Assembly (NCBI RefSeq): GCF_000002075.1
Contig: NW_004798094.1
Span: 23,430-83,345, forward strand
Length of the DNA stretch: 59,916 bases
Reading direction: 5' to 3'
Source of the DNA: Aplysia californica
Lineage: Eukaryota
Below, piece after piece: positions 1 to 14,049 of this stretch (the stretch's first letter is position 1; every line of letters starts with the position of its first letter). The notes below the pieces were generated by a model, which worked only from the letters and a program-made list of their open reading frames with translations, was not told the DNA's origin and ran no database searches. The translations under genes and the position numbers were made by a program.

Positions 1-449
1 GTAAGTTTGTTGTTTGTTTTGGGTTGGGTTTTTTTTTGGGGGGGGTTGTTGTTGATTTATTTTTATTTTTTTGGGGGGAAGGGAGAGTCTTTTGTTGTCT
101 GGAGGAGGGGGTTTGGGGTGCTATTTGTCATTTTTGGCTCTTTAAAGTTACCGGTACCAAGACCATTGGGTGAGGAACTAAATTATGTTCTATATCTGCT
201 CCATCAAAAATGTAAGACTTTGCGGAGTCGTTATTGAAACATTCAAAGAGTTACGTTTGAAAAAGTTTGTCACGTTGTGAAACTCTAAATCTTTGATGTC
301 TAAGTCCTCAAAACTAGGTACTGCATGAGCACAATATAGAACTATATAGTTCTGAGGTAGCGATACTTGTGATATGTGTACGTATGTTAGAAGTTTGATT
401 TCCTTTTACTGTTTCTCCGGTTTTATAAGTGATATTGTCTACAGTGTTT

Positions 450-975
450 AAGATTTTGTTTCTTTTTTAAGTTGTGGTTTTAGAAAATTTGCTTCTGTTT
501 GAAGATGTATTTTTAGAATTGATTTTTTGAAGATGTTGTTTTAAAATTGATTTTTAGAAATGTGACTTTAGAATTTTGTTTTGTTTTGTTTTTGAAGATG
601 TGATTTTAGAAATTTTTCTTTTTTTCAGATGTTGGTTTAGAATTTTGTTCTTTTTTTAATAGGTGATTAAAATGGGGGTTTTTTTAGATTTGGTTTTAGA
701 ATATTTATCTTTTTATCAAGATGTAGTTTCTAATTTTTTTTTCTTTCTATTAAGATATAGTTTTAAGTTTGTTTTTCTATCTATTAAGATGTGGTTTTAT
801 TTTAGAATTGTGTTCTTTTTATTAAGATGTGTTTTTAGAACTTTTTTTTTTTTCTTTTTTATTAAGAAGTGATTTTAGAATTGTCTTGTTTTTATTTAAG
901 GTGTGGTTTTTAATTTTTTTCTTTTTATTAAGATGTGGTTTTAGAATGTTTTCTTTTTATTAAGATGTGGTTTTG
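450..975. repeat. Degenerate T-rich minisatellite (~30-37 bp, TTAAGATGTGGTTTTAGAA core)
   Basis: Many visible degenerate units. Confidence 0.8.
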
Positions 976-1009
976 GAACTTTGATTTCTCTTTTCTGCGC
1001 GCCTCCCAG

Positions 1010-1115
1010 TTGTACGGGGTGACGTGGTGGACTAGGGTGGACCACTCGGACAAGCTACAGAACGAGGACGATGGTGACAGATCCTTTCAGATGAGGAATG
1101 GAGATTTTCCTACTG
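1010..1115 (+). CDS. SLC5A (SGLT/sodium:solute symporter) family gene, penultimate coding exon (LYGVTWWTRVDHSDKLQNEDDGDRSFQMRNGDFPT)
   Basis: Window opens on a donor GTAAGT (pos 1). Polypyrimidine + CAG acceptor at 1008-1009, GTGAGT donor at 1116. LxxxTWWTR resembles the post-TM13 loop of SLC5A1/9/11. Confidence 0.75.
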
Positions 1116-1162
1116 GTGAGTGAGCTCCACCCCCCCCCTCCCCTCCAACTACCCTCCTAACT

Positions 1163-1194
<32 letters not shown>

Positions 1195-2539
1195 TTCCTT
1201 CTCTCTCTCTTTCCTATCTATCTATCTACATGTATCTATCTATCTACATCTATCTATCTATCTATCTTTCTCTCTGTTTCTCTATTTCTCTCGTCAGTAC
1301 AGAGGATTGGGGGGGGATTGTCACTACTCTCGGAAATAAATCTAGAACCTTTACTTTTCTCACCGGAATCTGAGGTGAATGTAGAGCTTAGGCTTTCTGC
1401 CGTCGTATGCAGAAGGCCCGCCTCCAAAATGATCTAAGTAATTGTGTTGATGGGCACACTGTAAAGCGTGGGTGTGCGCTATATGAATGCTATACAGTGA
1501 AACCTGTGTAAAGCGACAACTCATTGTCAAGGAGAAAAGTGGCCATATGCACACAGGTGGCCGTCTCAGGCAGGACTGATCAAAATGAAGGAAGCAATTA
1601 ATCACTCTCTTCTGAGGCTCAAAGCAGGGTAAATCTCAGGCTGTAGACTGCCGTAAAGCTAATTCAAGAGTTTTTGTTTTCTTTGGGGGGGGGGGAAAAG
1701 GCTGTGGGTGGTGTTAGAAGGGTTTGTTGATTTGTTTTGGGTTTGGTTTTTTTATTTTGATAAGCTTGACATTTTCTTTTTGTCTCTGACTTTGTGCAAG
1801 GGTAAAATGAACGAAATATTATGTAAGTAAGACGATGAAAACCGAGTGCCAAGGTAAAACAAACACACAGGTCGTCACCACTCGGAGAACGAGCGATGCT
1901 TCTGTCGCAAGTTCACGTTAACGCCCATTGTTATTTTGTTACAGATAAGGTAAACAAAACAGTGACCAGTTACCTCTGATACCACTAAGTTCATGAGTTG
2001 AGGGCGGGGCTTATAGGTTTTGACTAACGCCAGCTTTAAAAGTAGGAGTTGGTTATGACGGATCACATGCTTCCCTCAAAAGCAGTTGAACATTTATCGT
2101 TAGACGTACCCATTAGTCAACTTGCGTAAACATTCATTGGCGGGACTAACAGTAACGACAGGTGAATGAATTATCATGACAGCCCGTCCACAGCGTGAGG
2201 GGCCGATTCAAAATTTATGACAAATCGTCGGGCGATGAGTGACCACGCCTGGCCGCCTGGGAGAGGTAAATTTGACCGTGGGTTGATAAAATAAGGTGGC
2301 TGCGGCCGCGTTGCGCAGGTGACCATTTTACAGTTAAATTATAATATTTAGAAAAACGCAAGGATGAAATGGAAAGTGGCCGTTAGTATAGGACCAGGTG
2401 GCCGTATTAGACAGGAGGCCGTCATTGCAGGTTCGACGATATTATTATTACTATTATTATTATTATATTTATTAACACTATCATCCTTATTACCAACATT
2501 ATCATTCTTTCTTTATTCATTATTATTATTATTATTATA

Positions 2540-2572
<33 letters not shown>

Positions 2573-2618
2573 ATAATTATTATTAGGCTATAATTATCAT
2601 CATCATCTCATCCAAAAG

Positions 2619-2884
2619 ATGACGAGACTTCCTCACGTGACACTCGCAAAGACGAGGAAGACGACGACGAGGACAGCGACGACGAGGAAGGGAGATGCCA
2701 ACGTTGGGTGAACGCCGCATGCGGAATGCCCAAAGCCCAGGCCAAGAATAAACAGACGGCGGCCATTACGCTCAACGAACGCAGAAGTTTCCTCATCGAG
2801 AACCCGAGATGGGAGGCCATCTTGAATATCAACGCTGCCTTGGGGCTCTCAGTGATGGCGTTTTTAATTGGATACTATCGTTAG
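2619..2884 (+). CDS. SLC5A family gene, terminal coding exon (...EGRCQRWVNAACG...FLIENPRWEAILNINAALGLSVMAFLIGYYR*)
   Basis: In phase (1) with the previous exon. Acidic loop, then ExPxWxxxxNINAxxxxxVxxFxxGY as in the SGLT C-terminal TM helix; TAG at 2882-2884. The acceptor (AAAG) is weak. Confidence 0.8.
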
Positions 2885-3429
2885 AAGTATCATAGATGTA
2901 AAATTACATAGATTTAGTATAATACATGTAATTAGAGACTATGAATGCCCTGGGAAATGTTCACCCATAGTAAGATTGCGAAGAATGGCGTCACTTGGTG
3001 GTGAATAGAGAAAGAGGAGGGGGTGAAAATGGCATCATTTGCATACTGGCAGCCACAAGAAGAGTGAGAACTTTTCCAAGTGTGCTCGGGCCTTACACGT
3101 TGTCAGATAGTGTACATAGTATTGACTTAAATGAGTACATTATGATTATTATTAATATCAGTATCATATTAACGCCATGTCGTGCAATTTATGTAGATAG
3201 CTTTGGTTACGTTTTACTTTACCGTACTAGCTGTCATTATTTGTCCAAGTGTATGTTCATAATAATATATATTGTAGACAATGACCACAATTTTCTTGGA
3301 CAAATGAACGAGCTTTTTGATAGTACCACTAAGTCACACTGAATATGCCCGAAAACTGACGAAATGTTTCATCATAGCACATTTTTTGAAGGGGGGGGGG
3401 TATCTGCATTTTCAAAAGACAATTGAGAC

Positions 3430-3955
3430 AACAGAGTTTTGTTCATAAGACGCATGCTGTGTATCCCATGGACAGCTAGAAAAACAATAAATGAAGAAGA
3501 CTTTGTCTTGGTTGAAGCAAATTGCAGAAGATAGTTTATGACGAATATAGGCCTACAAAAGCAACAGGCAAAGTTGATTGGACACACAATGAGGAAAGAA
3601 GTATTGGAGAATATTGTAACAACAGCCAAGTTTGATGGAAAGTGAGTAAGAGGCAGACAAGAGGGAAAAGATAGTTTTAGTAAGAATTTGATTTCACTTG
3701 CAACACAATAAGGTCATATAAGTGCCGAAGATTAGAGGTGTTACAAGAGAGTAACAAACCCGAAAAAGGAGGGAAGATAAAGACTATAGATGTTTGACAG
3801 GAAAAAAGAAGCAAACCACACCAAAGCACCCGCGCAACCACCTACAGAGGGAAAAGATGCTGAACAAGTTGACAACATATCTGGAAACAGCAAGAAAGAC
3901 AGACTCCATCGATCGCTGCAACGTAAGACAGAGTGAAGTGGAGGTCCATGATGAT
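3430..3955 (+). mobile_element. RTE-clade LINE 3' fragment
   Basis: RRML.IPWTARKTIN..., GHTMRKE.LENIVTT; homologous to 53790-54345. Confidence 0.7.
3673..3845 (-). mobile_element. 5'-truncated non-LTR 3' end (I-clade-like tail) inserted in an RTE fragment
   Basis: 13-bp TSD AGAGGGAAAAGAT (3660-3672 / 3846-3858); similar copies at 10363-10544, 17500-17760, 37780-37900, 38675-38860. Confidence 0.75.
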
Positions 3956-6745
3956 TTTCAAAAGTATTTATTTAGCATCCATTGACACAACACAATTATT
4001 ATTTATCCAGTTTATGAGGTGGGCCCCTTCAAACATTCACTTAGTTCTGAGTAAGATGCTGCAGTCCAAAAGACAGGAAGAGATTTTAGAAGCATTAACT
4101 TTTATTCCATTAAAGAAAAAAAACTGTTACTCCATTACAACGCCGCTGGTCTTCCTACTCATCATTGCTATCTGTCAATAAGTCACACTATAAATTATTG
4201 CCAACCTGTCAGCTTTTTGCTTCATCGTCAAAAGACGTGGTGAATATTATTATTACTTTTCTCATCCTGATACCAACAAAATCATAATCTAATTAAAGTT
4301 TGTTCTGTTCGTGTTGTAGCTGCTTTTGGCTGTTGGTTTGTTGTTTGTTTGTTGTTGGTTTTTTTGCGGCCCGGGGGGGGGGCTTCTGTTTGGTTTTGTT
4401 TTGCAGGGTTTTTTTTAGTCTTCATCTAAAATAACGGAATCTGGGTTGTTGTACTTCTTTTTTAAGCCTCATCCTTTCTATCTCAAAGGAAGAGGATGTG
4501 TGTCTGAGATCAGAGTACTGTACGCAAAAGAAACGGAGGCTATTGCGCCCTGTGTGCATTGCAGAAAGTTTCATTAAATCTCCATAGGACTGATATTGAG
4601 GGGTTTTTTGCATTTGATTCCTGCAAGGTTTTCTTTAAATGGGAGGGCAAACGATGCCATTTTACCACTGTTTGATCAAATCTTACAAAATCAATAAATG
4701 TGTGCATTTGATTTTCTAGTTCTGGTGGATATAANNNNNNNNNNNNNNNNNNNNNNNNNNNNNNNNNNNNNNNNNNNNNNNNNNNNNNNNNNNNNNNNNN
4801 NNNNNNNNNNNNNNNNNNNNNNNNNNNNNNNNNNNNNNNNNNNNNNNNNNNNNNNNNNNNNNTTTAGAAGTAGCTAATATCCAACACCAAATGAGGACAT
4901 TGAATTATCACGTAAACGACACAACTTTCTGAGGATTATAACATCTGTGATTTTATTCTTGTTTGCGTCAATAATAAGTCCCAACATGCGTATCAGATCA
5001 GTGCTCAGATGGTATTACTATTACTTGCATGTTCACAATGATAGACCGGTATAGAATCATAATAGATTGAATTGACATAGCGCACATACACACTCAAACA
5101 GAGGAGAAATCCTTTAGAACTATCAAATATATAATGTTATAGTCATTACACTTCGCACAAAATGGTAAGACGATAATTTAATCTAGGATTATAATAATGG
5201 ATTTGAAAGGGAGAAGTTTAGTGTAACAATCTGCCTGAAACCCTAAGTGTGGAATAAGAGCATTACAGTAGACAGACAAACTAACCTGGCATGGCATGGT
5301 GGAATCAGGCGCTCATCAATTTTTCATATCATCTTTAAAGTCAGTTCATTTGCCTTGCTATTGGTGAAAAAAATATCGATCTATGTTGAATGGAAGTCGA
5401 GATATTTTCGATTGAAGGAGGTTAGGGTCGCCTGCTTTCAGACGTAAAATTTGCGAGAAAATGGCCGCCAAAGTGTGTTAATTTCGATAGCTTCAAACTC
5501 CTTGGAAACTGAAAGTTTGCACATTTTGTGCTTTTAATCAATGATTTTCAGTAAAAATCAACGCGGGAATGTGTTTTTAAATAGATATAAAGGGTGTTGA
5601 GCTAAAAAAAAGAAAATTAAAAAAAAATGGCCTGAAGGCCAGAAACATGCCAGTTTCTTTGATTTAATGATTTCTAAGAGCGCCTGATTTCACCACGATG
5701 CATGACAATTGATGACCGGGGACCAACACAATACGATGATGATTGTCAAAGCAAACAAACACATGTCGCCATTATAGTTTCTCAGCAGCAAAACAAAAAC
5801 AATGAGAATCGCATGATATAATTATTACTCTTGTGAAACGTGTTCCTAGGTCGAGGAATTATCATCTCATGATACTGAGTGACATAATTATTATTCAGTT
5901 GTGTGACATTGAAATTGTAGTGAAATCAGGCTCTAGTCAAAACAATGAAATCGAAAGAAAAAAAACACAACTGTGTCCCCCGTTGAGCAATTTTTATCGA
6001 TACTTTTCATTCTTTTTTTTCTTAAAAAGAAAAACGCGCACTTCTGGGTGGATATTTACTTTTTTTTTTAAACAACGTTGATTAAAAGTACAGAAATTAA
6101 TATAAATTTATAGCAATATTGAAAGACACCCAAACTTTGGAAATCATCAAATTCTGGCCGGCATTTTCTCGCTAGTTTTACCTCTGTCGCAAAGCAATCC
6201 CTACTTCCTTCAATCGTGCATATTCATGTCGCGACTTCAGTGCTTTCTTGTCGTGTCTACGTTTTTTAAACATTGAAAATGTGACTTCTTCTTAAGCTCA
6301 CTCTTTGTTATGAACTGTTCTCAGTTATTAAAAATGGAGATACGACAAAAAAAAGTACTGAGGTCGCCATATCTATACATGATCTAATAAGTCGACTTCT
6401 ATTCAAGATGGATGGGTTTTATCCATCATGAGCAAAACAAATTGACAATCTTTCATCTTATTTAATAACCCCAACTCCAAATCCCCAAAATTGACGAGTG
6501 CCTGATTCCACAGTTTCATCGAAACAACATTCTATAGGCTTCAGACAAGCCTAGTGTATTTACGACACCAGACCCCGCTCACCCAAGGAAATCTGAAGAA
6601 AAAACAAAACAAAAAAACAAACCGCAGTTCGTTTTGCAATGGCTACTATAGAAATGGGAACTGTCCTGTATTAAGTTACTCCAGTTTCCAATTTTTGAGA
6701 GTTTTGTAACAACTTTCAGGCTGTTGAAAAATAAATATGTCACGA

Positions 6746-7172
6746 TGTGGTGAAATCAAGCGTTCGTCAATTTTTGGGCACATGGGGTTATTGGTATTAT
6801 CTTAAAGCTTGTTCATTTGCCTTCCTTTTGGTGGAAAAAATATCAATCTATTTTTAACAGAAGTCGAAAATTGCGATTGGAAGAAGTCAGGGTCGCCTGG
6901 TTTCAGAGGTAAAATCAGCGAGAAAATGGAAGCCAAAGTTTGGTAACTTTCATAGCTTGAGAGTCCTTGGAAACTGAAACTTTACATTTTTTTGCGCTTT
7001 TAAATAATGATTTTCTCAGTAAAATCCACGCACAAATATTATGTTTTAAATGGTAGTGTGCCAAAATAATAAAATTAGAAAAAAAAAATTGCCCACCAGC
7101 TAAAAAAAAGCCTATTTCTTTGATTTCATTATAGCCTAATGATGAGCGCCTGATTTCACCACGATGCCTCAC
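6746..7172. mobile_element. MITE family A (~430 bp; TIR GTGGTGAAATCAGGCGCTC); other copies 5297-5700, 5917-6513, 13275-13560, 23132-23528, 33478-33905, 36063-36487, 58355-58768
   Basis: Repeated TIR pair and shared internal sequence in both orientations. Confidence 0.8.
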
Positions 7173-9019
7173 ATCAATCTTCCTTTCGAGCCCCAAGATG
7201 TAACGGTTCAGGACATTTTTCTGGAGACTTCCAGTTTTATTCTTTAAGTAACCCCCATTTTTTTGCGACTGGAATTATCAATCAGTTTTCAAAGGGATTT
7301 ACACCAAAATCGGCCTTAAACACTGAATAAACTAATTAAGTACTTACACCAAAAAAAATTTTTTTTTAAATTTGAATTGGTACAAGACAACACAAAGTTT
7401 GCGATGTGTAAAAGCTGCAAGAATCAGTACACTGAAATAAATGACAATAATAATAATATCTTCCAAGTATGATGTTTGGCAGAGGTTCTATACGAAGAAA
7501 GCATTGGGAATTTTAGAAAGCAATATCCAGATAAGATATCATTTTCCAAACAGAACCAGAAACTCCAGACTAATCAGTCTCCCCTCCCCCCCATTAATAA
7601 CCCCCCCCCCCCCCCCACACACACACACACACACAAAAAACAACAACAATCAAAGAATAAAAATCTAAAAAATTCCAGCACATTGATTAAACTTAAACAA
7701 AATCAACACAACATAGCCTTGAATAAGACATCTAGTTGATGGAAATCACAGGTTACATAATAATTATTTTTAAAGAGAAAATCAGCAGATAATATTATGT
7801 AGCATAGGCCTACTTGAGACAGTTGAGATTACCCAGAGCATACATTTGTAAATAGCGATTACAACATTTAAAAAAGAACAACAAAAAAACCCTGAAAATA
7901 TAGCATGTGTATGTCTTGCTCTATTGATGGTCCTTTAGGTATAGAAGACATTTAACTAGTACCTTAGAATAACAAAGTTTTATCTGACATTTAAGTAAGG
8001 ACGTTTTGGGTTATCAAGACCGTGAGGTCAGAAACCAAATCTGCTCTATCAAAACCGTAAGATTATTCAGAGTTGTTTTCAAGATATTCAAAGAATTGCA
8101 TTCAGAAAAAAAAGACCTTTGGCGCTCATATGACTTAATGCGTTGCAAGCGCAGTAAAAATTATACTAAAACAAACAAACAAAAAAAGACCTTGACATGT
8201 TGTGAAACTCAAAATTTTAAACGTAAAAAAATGCTCAATAGGTACTGAGAAGATACATGTAGACATGTGTAATTCGACTAGGGTAGCGATTTGTCTGATA
8301 CAACTTGTCTGCAGAATCTTGTTTGTTCATAAAATCAGTCAAACCTGAGGGCACATATCAAACTAAAGTACGTGCTTTGCCAAGAATTAATAGCTCATAG
8401 CCCCTAAAGCAGAAAAAAAAATATTCCTCGGTCTGATTNNNNNNNNNNNNNNNNNNNNNNNNNNNNNNNNNNNNNNNNNNNNNNNNNNNNNNNNNNNNNN
8501 NNNNNNNNNNNNNNNNNNNNNNNNNNNNNNNNNNNNNNNNNNNNNNNNNNNNNNNNNNNNNNNNNNNNNNNNNNNNNNNNNNNNNNNNNNNNNNNNNNNN
8601 NNNNNNNNNNNNNNNNNNNNNNNNNNNNNNNNNNNNNNNNNNNNNNNNNNNNNNNNNNNNNNNNNNNNNNNNNNNNNNNNNNNNNNNNNNNNNNNNNNNN
8701 NNNNNNNNNNNNNNNNNNNNNNNNNNNNNNNNNNNNNNNNNNNNNNNNNNNNNNNNNNNNNNNNNNNNNNNNNNNNNNNNNNNNNNNNNNNNNNNCAACA
8801 AAATATAAAATAAGATGTAAGTATGTTTATCAAATATTTTCTTTTTCTTTGTTTTGGTAAAAGAATAACGCTCCAGATACTTGAGAAGTAGAACAGATAC
8901 CATTAGAATACGTTTCCTGCACAAAAATATGTTATTTTGATTTACACATATTGTATAATGTCACATATTTATATTATAAAATGTCCTGAGTTTTAACACC
9001 AATCACATCATAATAGTAA

Positions 9020-9360
9020 CGAAAACATGCCATAGCCCAGAAACAAAATTTTCACAAAAACACGCCACGACCCAGAAAAAATCACCAAAAAACACGCCAT
9101 GATCCAGAAAGAATCACAAAAAACACGCCATGACCTAGAAAAAAAATCACCAAAATACACGCCATACCCAGAAATAATCACAAAAAACACGCCATGACCC
9201 AGAAAGAATCACAAAAAACACGCCATGACCCAGAAAGGTTCACAAAAACACGCCATCACCCAGAAAGAATCACAAAAAACATGTCATGACCCAGAAAGGT
9301 TCACAAAAACACGCCATCACCCAGAAAGAATCACAAAAAACATGTCATGACCCAGGAAAA
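9020..9360. repeat. ~30-bp minisatellite (AAAAACACGCCATGACCCAGAAAGAATCAC)
   Basis: About 11 tandem units. Confidence 0.9.
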
Positions 9361-9619
9361 AAATCCCTCACAAAAAAACCCAACCCACACAAGCAGCTTG
9401 TTTTGTAGAGAAAAAAAAACAGACACAGTCAATCTGGCTTCATATCGCAAAAGTCGCTAAACCATACATTTTTTATTGTGCCTTCCTGACTTTACAACTC
9501 AGCCTTTTACTCGCTAAAAGAGTGGAGAAACAGGACTGATATATTTTAAAATTTAATATTTGGGGGGGTGGGGGTGCATGATAGTAATTTTTACAAAATA
9601 TGTTACTACTAATCAGAGG

Positions 9620-9725
9620 AACCATTCGTGGGGGACATTGACCAAGATGGCCCAAAACAGACAGAGCTGGAGATCATTTGCTGCTGCCCTAAACGCCAGA
9701 TGGCGTAACGGGTAGTAAGTAAGTT
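9620..9725 (+). mobile_element. RTE LINE extreme 3' end
   Basis: WGTLTKMAQNRQSWRSFAAAL followed by (GTAA)n. Confidence 0.6.
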
Positions 9726-9899
9726 TGTAATCAGAGAAAAAAGAAATTTGAGAATGACTGCTTCAGTTTGAGCGCCTAACCTTCTGCTGTGCTGTATGTC
9801 TGGATCAGGATATGGTCTCTGGAAATGGGCAAGAATCAAAAGGCTTTACCACTGGGGAGCTTCTGTGAAGTCATGAGAGCCTTTCCCGTCTTTCTTTGT

Positions 9900-10260
9900 G
9901 GGTTTTTTTTAAGTGTTTTGCGGCGCTCGTAACTGCATAAGATCATATGAGTGCACGGGATACACCAAACACTTTCAGTCGGTAGGAAATTTTGAATTTT
10001 TCCTGGGTGGCGGCCAAAGGCTATTCTTACCCATTTTGGACCCCAAGGGATCTTTAATGTGAGCAACTTGAATACAGGAACCCCCCCCCCCCCGAGATTT
10101 TTCGCCATTGTCCGAAAATGGAATATCTAGATCTTTCTTGCCATAACATTAGGAGTGTGGCTGAAAGACAGAAATAAGGAGCCAAGGAGAAGCAGTAGAA
10201 AGGCTGCAGAAAGAGTCAGGAGCCCAGAGAAGGGGGCAAAGGAGGAGAGGGGGAGGGGGC
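9900..10260 (-). mobile_element. SINE family 2, truncated copy
   Basis: Reverse complement of body and tail. Confidence 0.75.
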
Positions 10261-10703
10261 CTCCTGTCTGAAGGGATACAAGACTTGGAACCTCCTTGCA
10301 CCATGCAACAGTACATTCCCGTCTCTATTTGTACTATATGACCATATTATTCTCTTGAATAGTTTAGTTTTAGTAGAGGTTTTACGGCGCTTGCAACTGC
10401 ATAAGGTCATATGAGCGCCAGAAGATTAGAGCTGGTGTTACAAGAGAGTAAAAAACATAAAAAAGAAGGAGGGGAGATAAGGACGATAGATGTTTGATAT
10501 GAAAGAAGGAGCAAACCACACCAGAGCACCGGCCAACCACCCACATTCTCTTGAACAGTGACGCAAAAGGGGTTTAAACTACATGAATGGCTTCAGTAAA
10601 TAGTTTAAAAGAGTCAAGAACACAAACTGTACTCAACATGTCGGATTCAGTGGTGCAGGCTTATTCTAACTATGTGTACAACATAAAGGGTTCAGAAAAA
10701 CAC

Positions 10704-10744
<41 letters not shown>

Positions 10745-11624
10745 TCAAACAAACAATTAATGAGACTTGTAGTTTATACATAATATGTAGTACAATAATA
10801 TTTTGTTATAATGCTGACAATCAACCAAAAACAAAAATAAAAACAGTAAGTGCAAGTATCACCTTCATAACAAACAATTAATTCAACATTAACACCCACT
10901 GATAGTGACCATTTAAATGGTAATTAAAACAGTGGTGCATGTTTCAAATACTAAAATTATAACTTCAGTCTTGTCTTGGTACACATTATGTGTGTGAATG
11001 ATAAAAGAGTGCAGATACAAAAGCTGTAGACTGAAAATCTGAATACATTAATTAACTCATTTACGATAATATCATTATAATTATGATTTTTCTATTACTC
11101 TAACATAATAGTTGGGGGGGGGTTTCCCCGGAGCTCTGCAACAACACATTCGAAAGTACATCTCTAACCTTAGATGCTTCTTAGTTTGGCAATAGTGGTC
11201 GTGTCTTATTATAGACTAATTGTAGCAAAAGAGTTGAAACATTGTGTAAATTAAATTAAATACCACAGCCTCACTCAAAGTTTGCGAGTGAGGGATAAAA
11301 TGCATTTTTTGTTCATGTTTATAATTTCAGGGAGTAAAATTAATAAATCTAAAACTTCAATTTTCCCTTCCACACATTTCAAGACAGTTCAACTGTTTAA
11401 GGACATAACGGACACATGATAATATTATGTTTTATCAGAATATGGGTAATAGTGATAAGTGAGTGCTGCACATTTTGAACAATCATACACAAATCAGAAA
11501 CACAGATTCGTAAATTTCACAAGTAAGTGAAAATGGAGCAGCTTTTAAATGCTAAAACTGAGGCAAACTTTTCTCCACCACAATTGGTCTCATCGAGAGC
11601 AGCAGAAGCCACAAGTCATCTTAA

Positions 11625-11954
11625 CTCTTTCACTACCGCCAGCCGTGTTTCATGACTTGTGTTACTCCCAACGCTGGACTGCGAATCGTGTTTCACGGCT
11701 CTCCACTTGCTGCTTCAAAACCACACCTACTTTTGTAATAAATCAAAACTGAAATCTCAAGCTGGAGAATGAACGTTTTTGGAAACATTTTGAGATAGGT
11801 CATTATTTCCCCTTTATTTTCCTTTATAATACATGTGGCCGATGTTGAAAATTGAACTCAGAATCTTTAATTTGTCCGAGGGCAGACAGAATCAGAAAGT
11901 AGGTCACAGATAGGGCCTGGTACAGGTGAGGAAAACCCCGTGGTAGTGAAAGGG
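11625..11954. mobile_element. piggyBac-like MITE
   Basis: TTAA|CTCTTTCACTACC...GGTAGTGAAAGGG|TTAA. Confidence 0.7.
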
Positions 11955-12059
11955 TTAACCTTTAAATTCTTCCAAATTCTTCTATTTGGCTGAAGAAATA
12001 TTCTCCTCTGTGGATGTATTGGTCATCGTCAGATGTTGACGGACGAGCTATTATTATTA

Positions 12060-12530
12060 TCTCCCCATCTGTCAGCTGGGATTTCACTCATTATCTCATT
12101 GTTTAAGAAAGCAACATCCTTGCATTCCGGACACATCCATTGATGCTCCGTTGCTCACTCCAAAATGTCGCTGAGAGTCTTTCTATTGATTGTGCCAGTG
12201 CATATCTGTTTGAACGTTCTTCTGTTCTGCCCTGCAAGGATGCCAGATTTTCGGCTTCCTATCTGCACTCCCAAAACCACCATCCTCTCCGCAGCAGTAC
12301 TGTCCTCTGCCTCCTTATCTTTCTCTTCAATCAGGTGATCTCTTCAATCAGGTGACGAACGAGAAATTTCAGGATCTCAACCCTGTTTGGTTAAACCATG
12401 CCGTCAACTGAGGTGGCCTCACCAGCCAGTCTGTCGGTTTTTTTCATTTCCTTTTTAAAATGCCTGCATGGCTGGAATGTCATACGCAACACAACATGGA
12501 TCTGCTTGGCCCTGACAGGCACAGTAAAAG
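12060..12530 (-). mobile_element. Degenerate non-LTR retrotransposon fragment (RNase H C-terminal motif)
   Basis: Minus strand IP.HAGI...GNEKTDRLAGEA across frameshifts. Confidence 0.5.
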
Positions 12531-13097
12531 CTGCCTATCTCCTATATCATCTCTACATTGTGTCAGAGTCAAAGGGGACATCACAGATTGACAATCTATT
12601 GTCATCAACCAAGCATTTTTTAAAATTAGATAAAGACCCATACAGTATATAATATATAAAAATCACAGCCAAAAATACAAGAATACATGTTATACAATAA
12701 TACCCACTGCACACAAACTCATAACACAATTTCAATTTTTACAAAACAATTTTTTTCAACGATTTATGCAGAATAAGTTCTGTTTGATCAAGACTTTTGC
12801 TAGCAAAAACAAACAAATTTGGCAATTGGAAATCAAATTCATGCTCTTTCATTTCTTTGGGTAAAATATAATATTGATATCAAATCTAAAGATAATACTT
12901 CACTTGATCATTCCTTCATCAAAAAATCTAAACTTTCAGCACAAAATGTTTTAAATAAATCATTTTGACTGCAGTACCACAATAGAAAATTATCTCTTAC
13001 AAATGTAACAATCTTACCAGAATTGTGTGGTAGTAAAGAAACCATTGGTCACAAAGTGTTCATAAAACTGTAACAGTTTTGGCTGTGCACGTACGCC

Positions 13098-13244
13098 TCA
13101 CGATTCCTGGTTCATCAAGTTCAGCAGTTCTCCCTCGTCTGTCGTCTTGGGTGGCAGTTTCTTCGCTTTCGTCACGGCAGCTCCAGACGCGATGAGCAAA
13201 CCGTTGCTGGTGAAGGCACAGTGCTGTGCCAAGTCAGTGATAGC
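13098..13244 (-). CDS. WDR38: WDR38-like terminal exon 8 (AITDLAQHCAFTSNGLLIASGAAVTKAKK...NQES*)
   Basis: Poly-T CAG acceptor, TGA stop; matches recalled WDR38 C-terminal DVAHTCAFTPDGKILVSGAA. Confidence 0.85.
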   Translation of the reverse strand, partial: AITDLAQHCAFTSNGLLIASGAAVTKAKKLPPKTTDEGELLNLMNQES

Positions 13245-14049
13245 CTGAAAAAAAAAAACATTTGTAAAGTATCATGGTGAAATCAGGGGCTCATAAAAAA
13301 ATTGAATTAATATTTTGGGGTTTTTTCCTCAACACCTTTTATGTCCATCTAAAAACACATTTCTGTGAGGATTTTTACTGAAAAACATATTTATTAAAGG
13401 CACAAAATATTTTCAGTTTCCAAAGACATTCAAGCAATGGAAATAACCAAATTTTGTAGGTCAATTTCTCGCTAACATTATCTCTGAAACCAGTGACCGT
13501 CACCTCCTTCCAACACAAATATTTCACCTCCTATTCTTGATCTAGATGGACATTTGGTCGCTTTTAAGTACAAGGGAGCTATTCCGAAAAATGCTGTTTT
13601 GAGAAAATTGAAGGTAAAGTTTTTGCCCTTGTTTAGTTTCTTTAAAAAACAAGGAGAGTTTTCTCTATAACCAAACAAATATAAACAACAATGTAACTAA
13701 ACTTCTCCTATAGGTAGGATAATTCCCACTTTTGGTGTAGGTCAAGATTTCTGAAGACCCCCGAAATCTGGGTTAGCCTGCTTGTCCTTAAAAGAGACCA
13801 TTTTTTCTTCGAAAGATAGACAAATGAACAAGCTTTAAAATTATACCAATAACTCCACTTGCTCAAACCCTGCCGAGTGTCCAATTCCATCACCTTGTGA
13901 CACAAATGGGAGGCATTGGAGTGATATCTGAGGTGCTCGTCTATATACAGAAATCTAAGAAAACGGCATTAATTTTTTCTTCCCGCTTGGCATAAAAATT
14001 TATTGATTTCTACACTAAGAAATTTGCTGCAACATATATGGCTCTTTTC

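Noticed and set aside
1298-1374. Extra SLC5A exon (VQRIGGG...SPESE)
   Set aside because: Its end phase is incompatible with the terminal exon, and it overlaps repeat-derived sequence
9020-9360. CRISPR-like array
   Set aside because: Tandem units lack unique spacers; eukaryotic minisatellite
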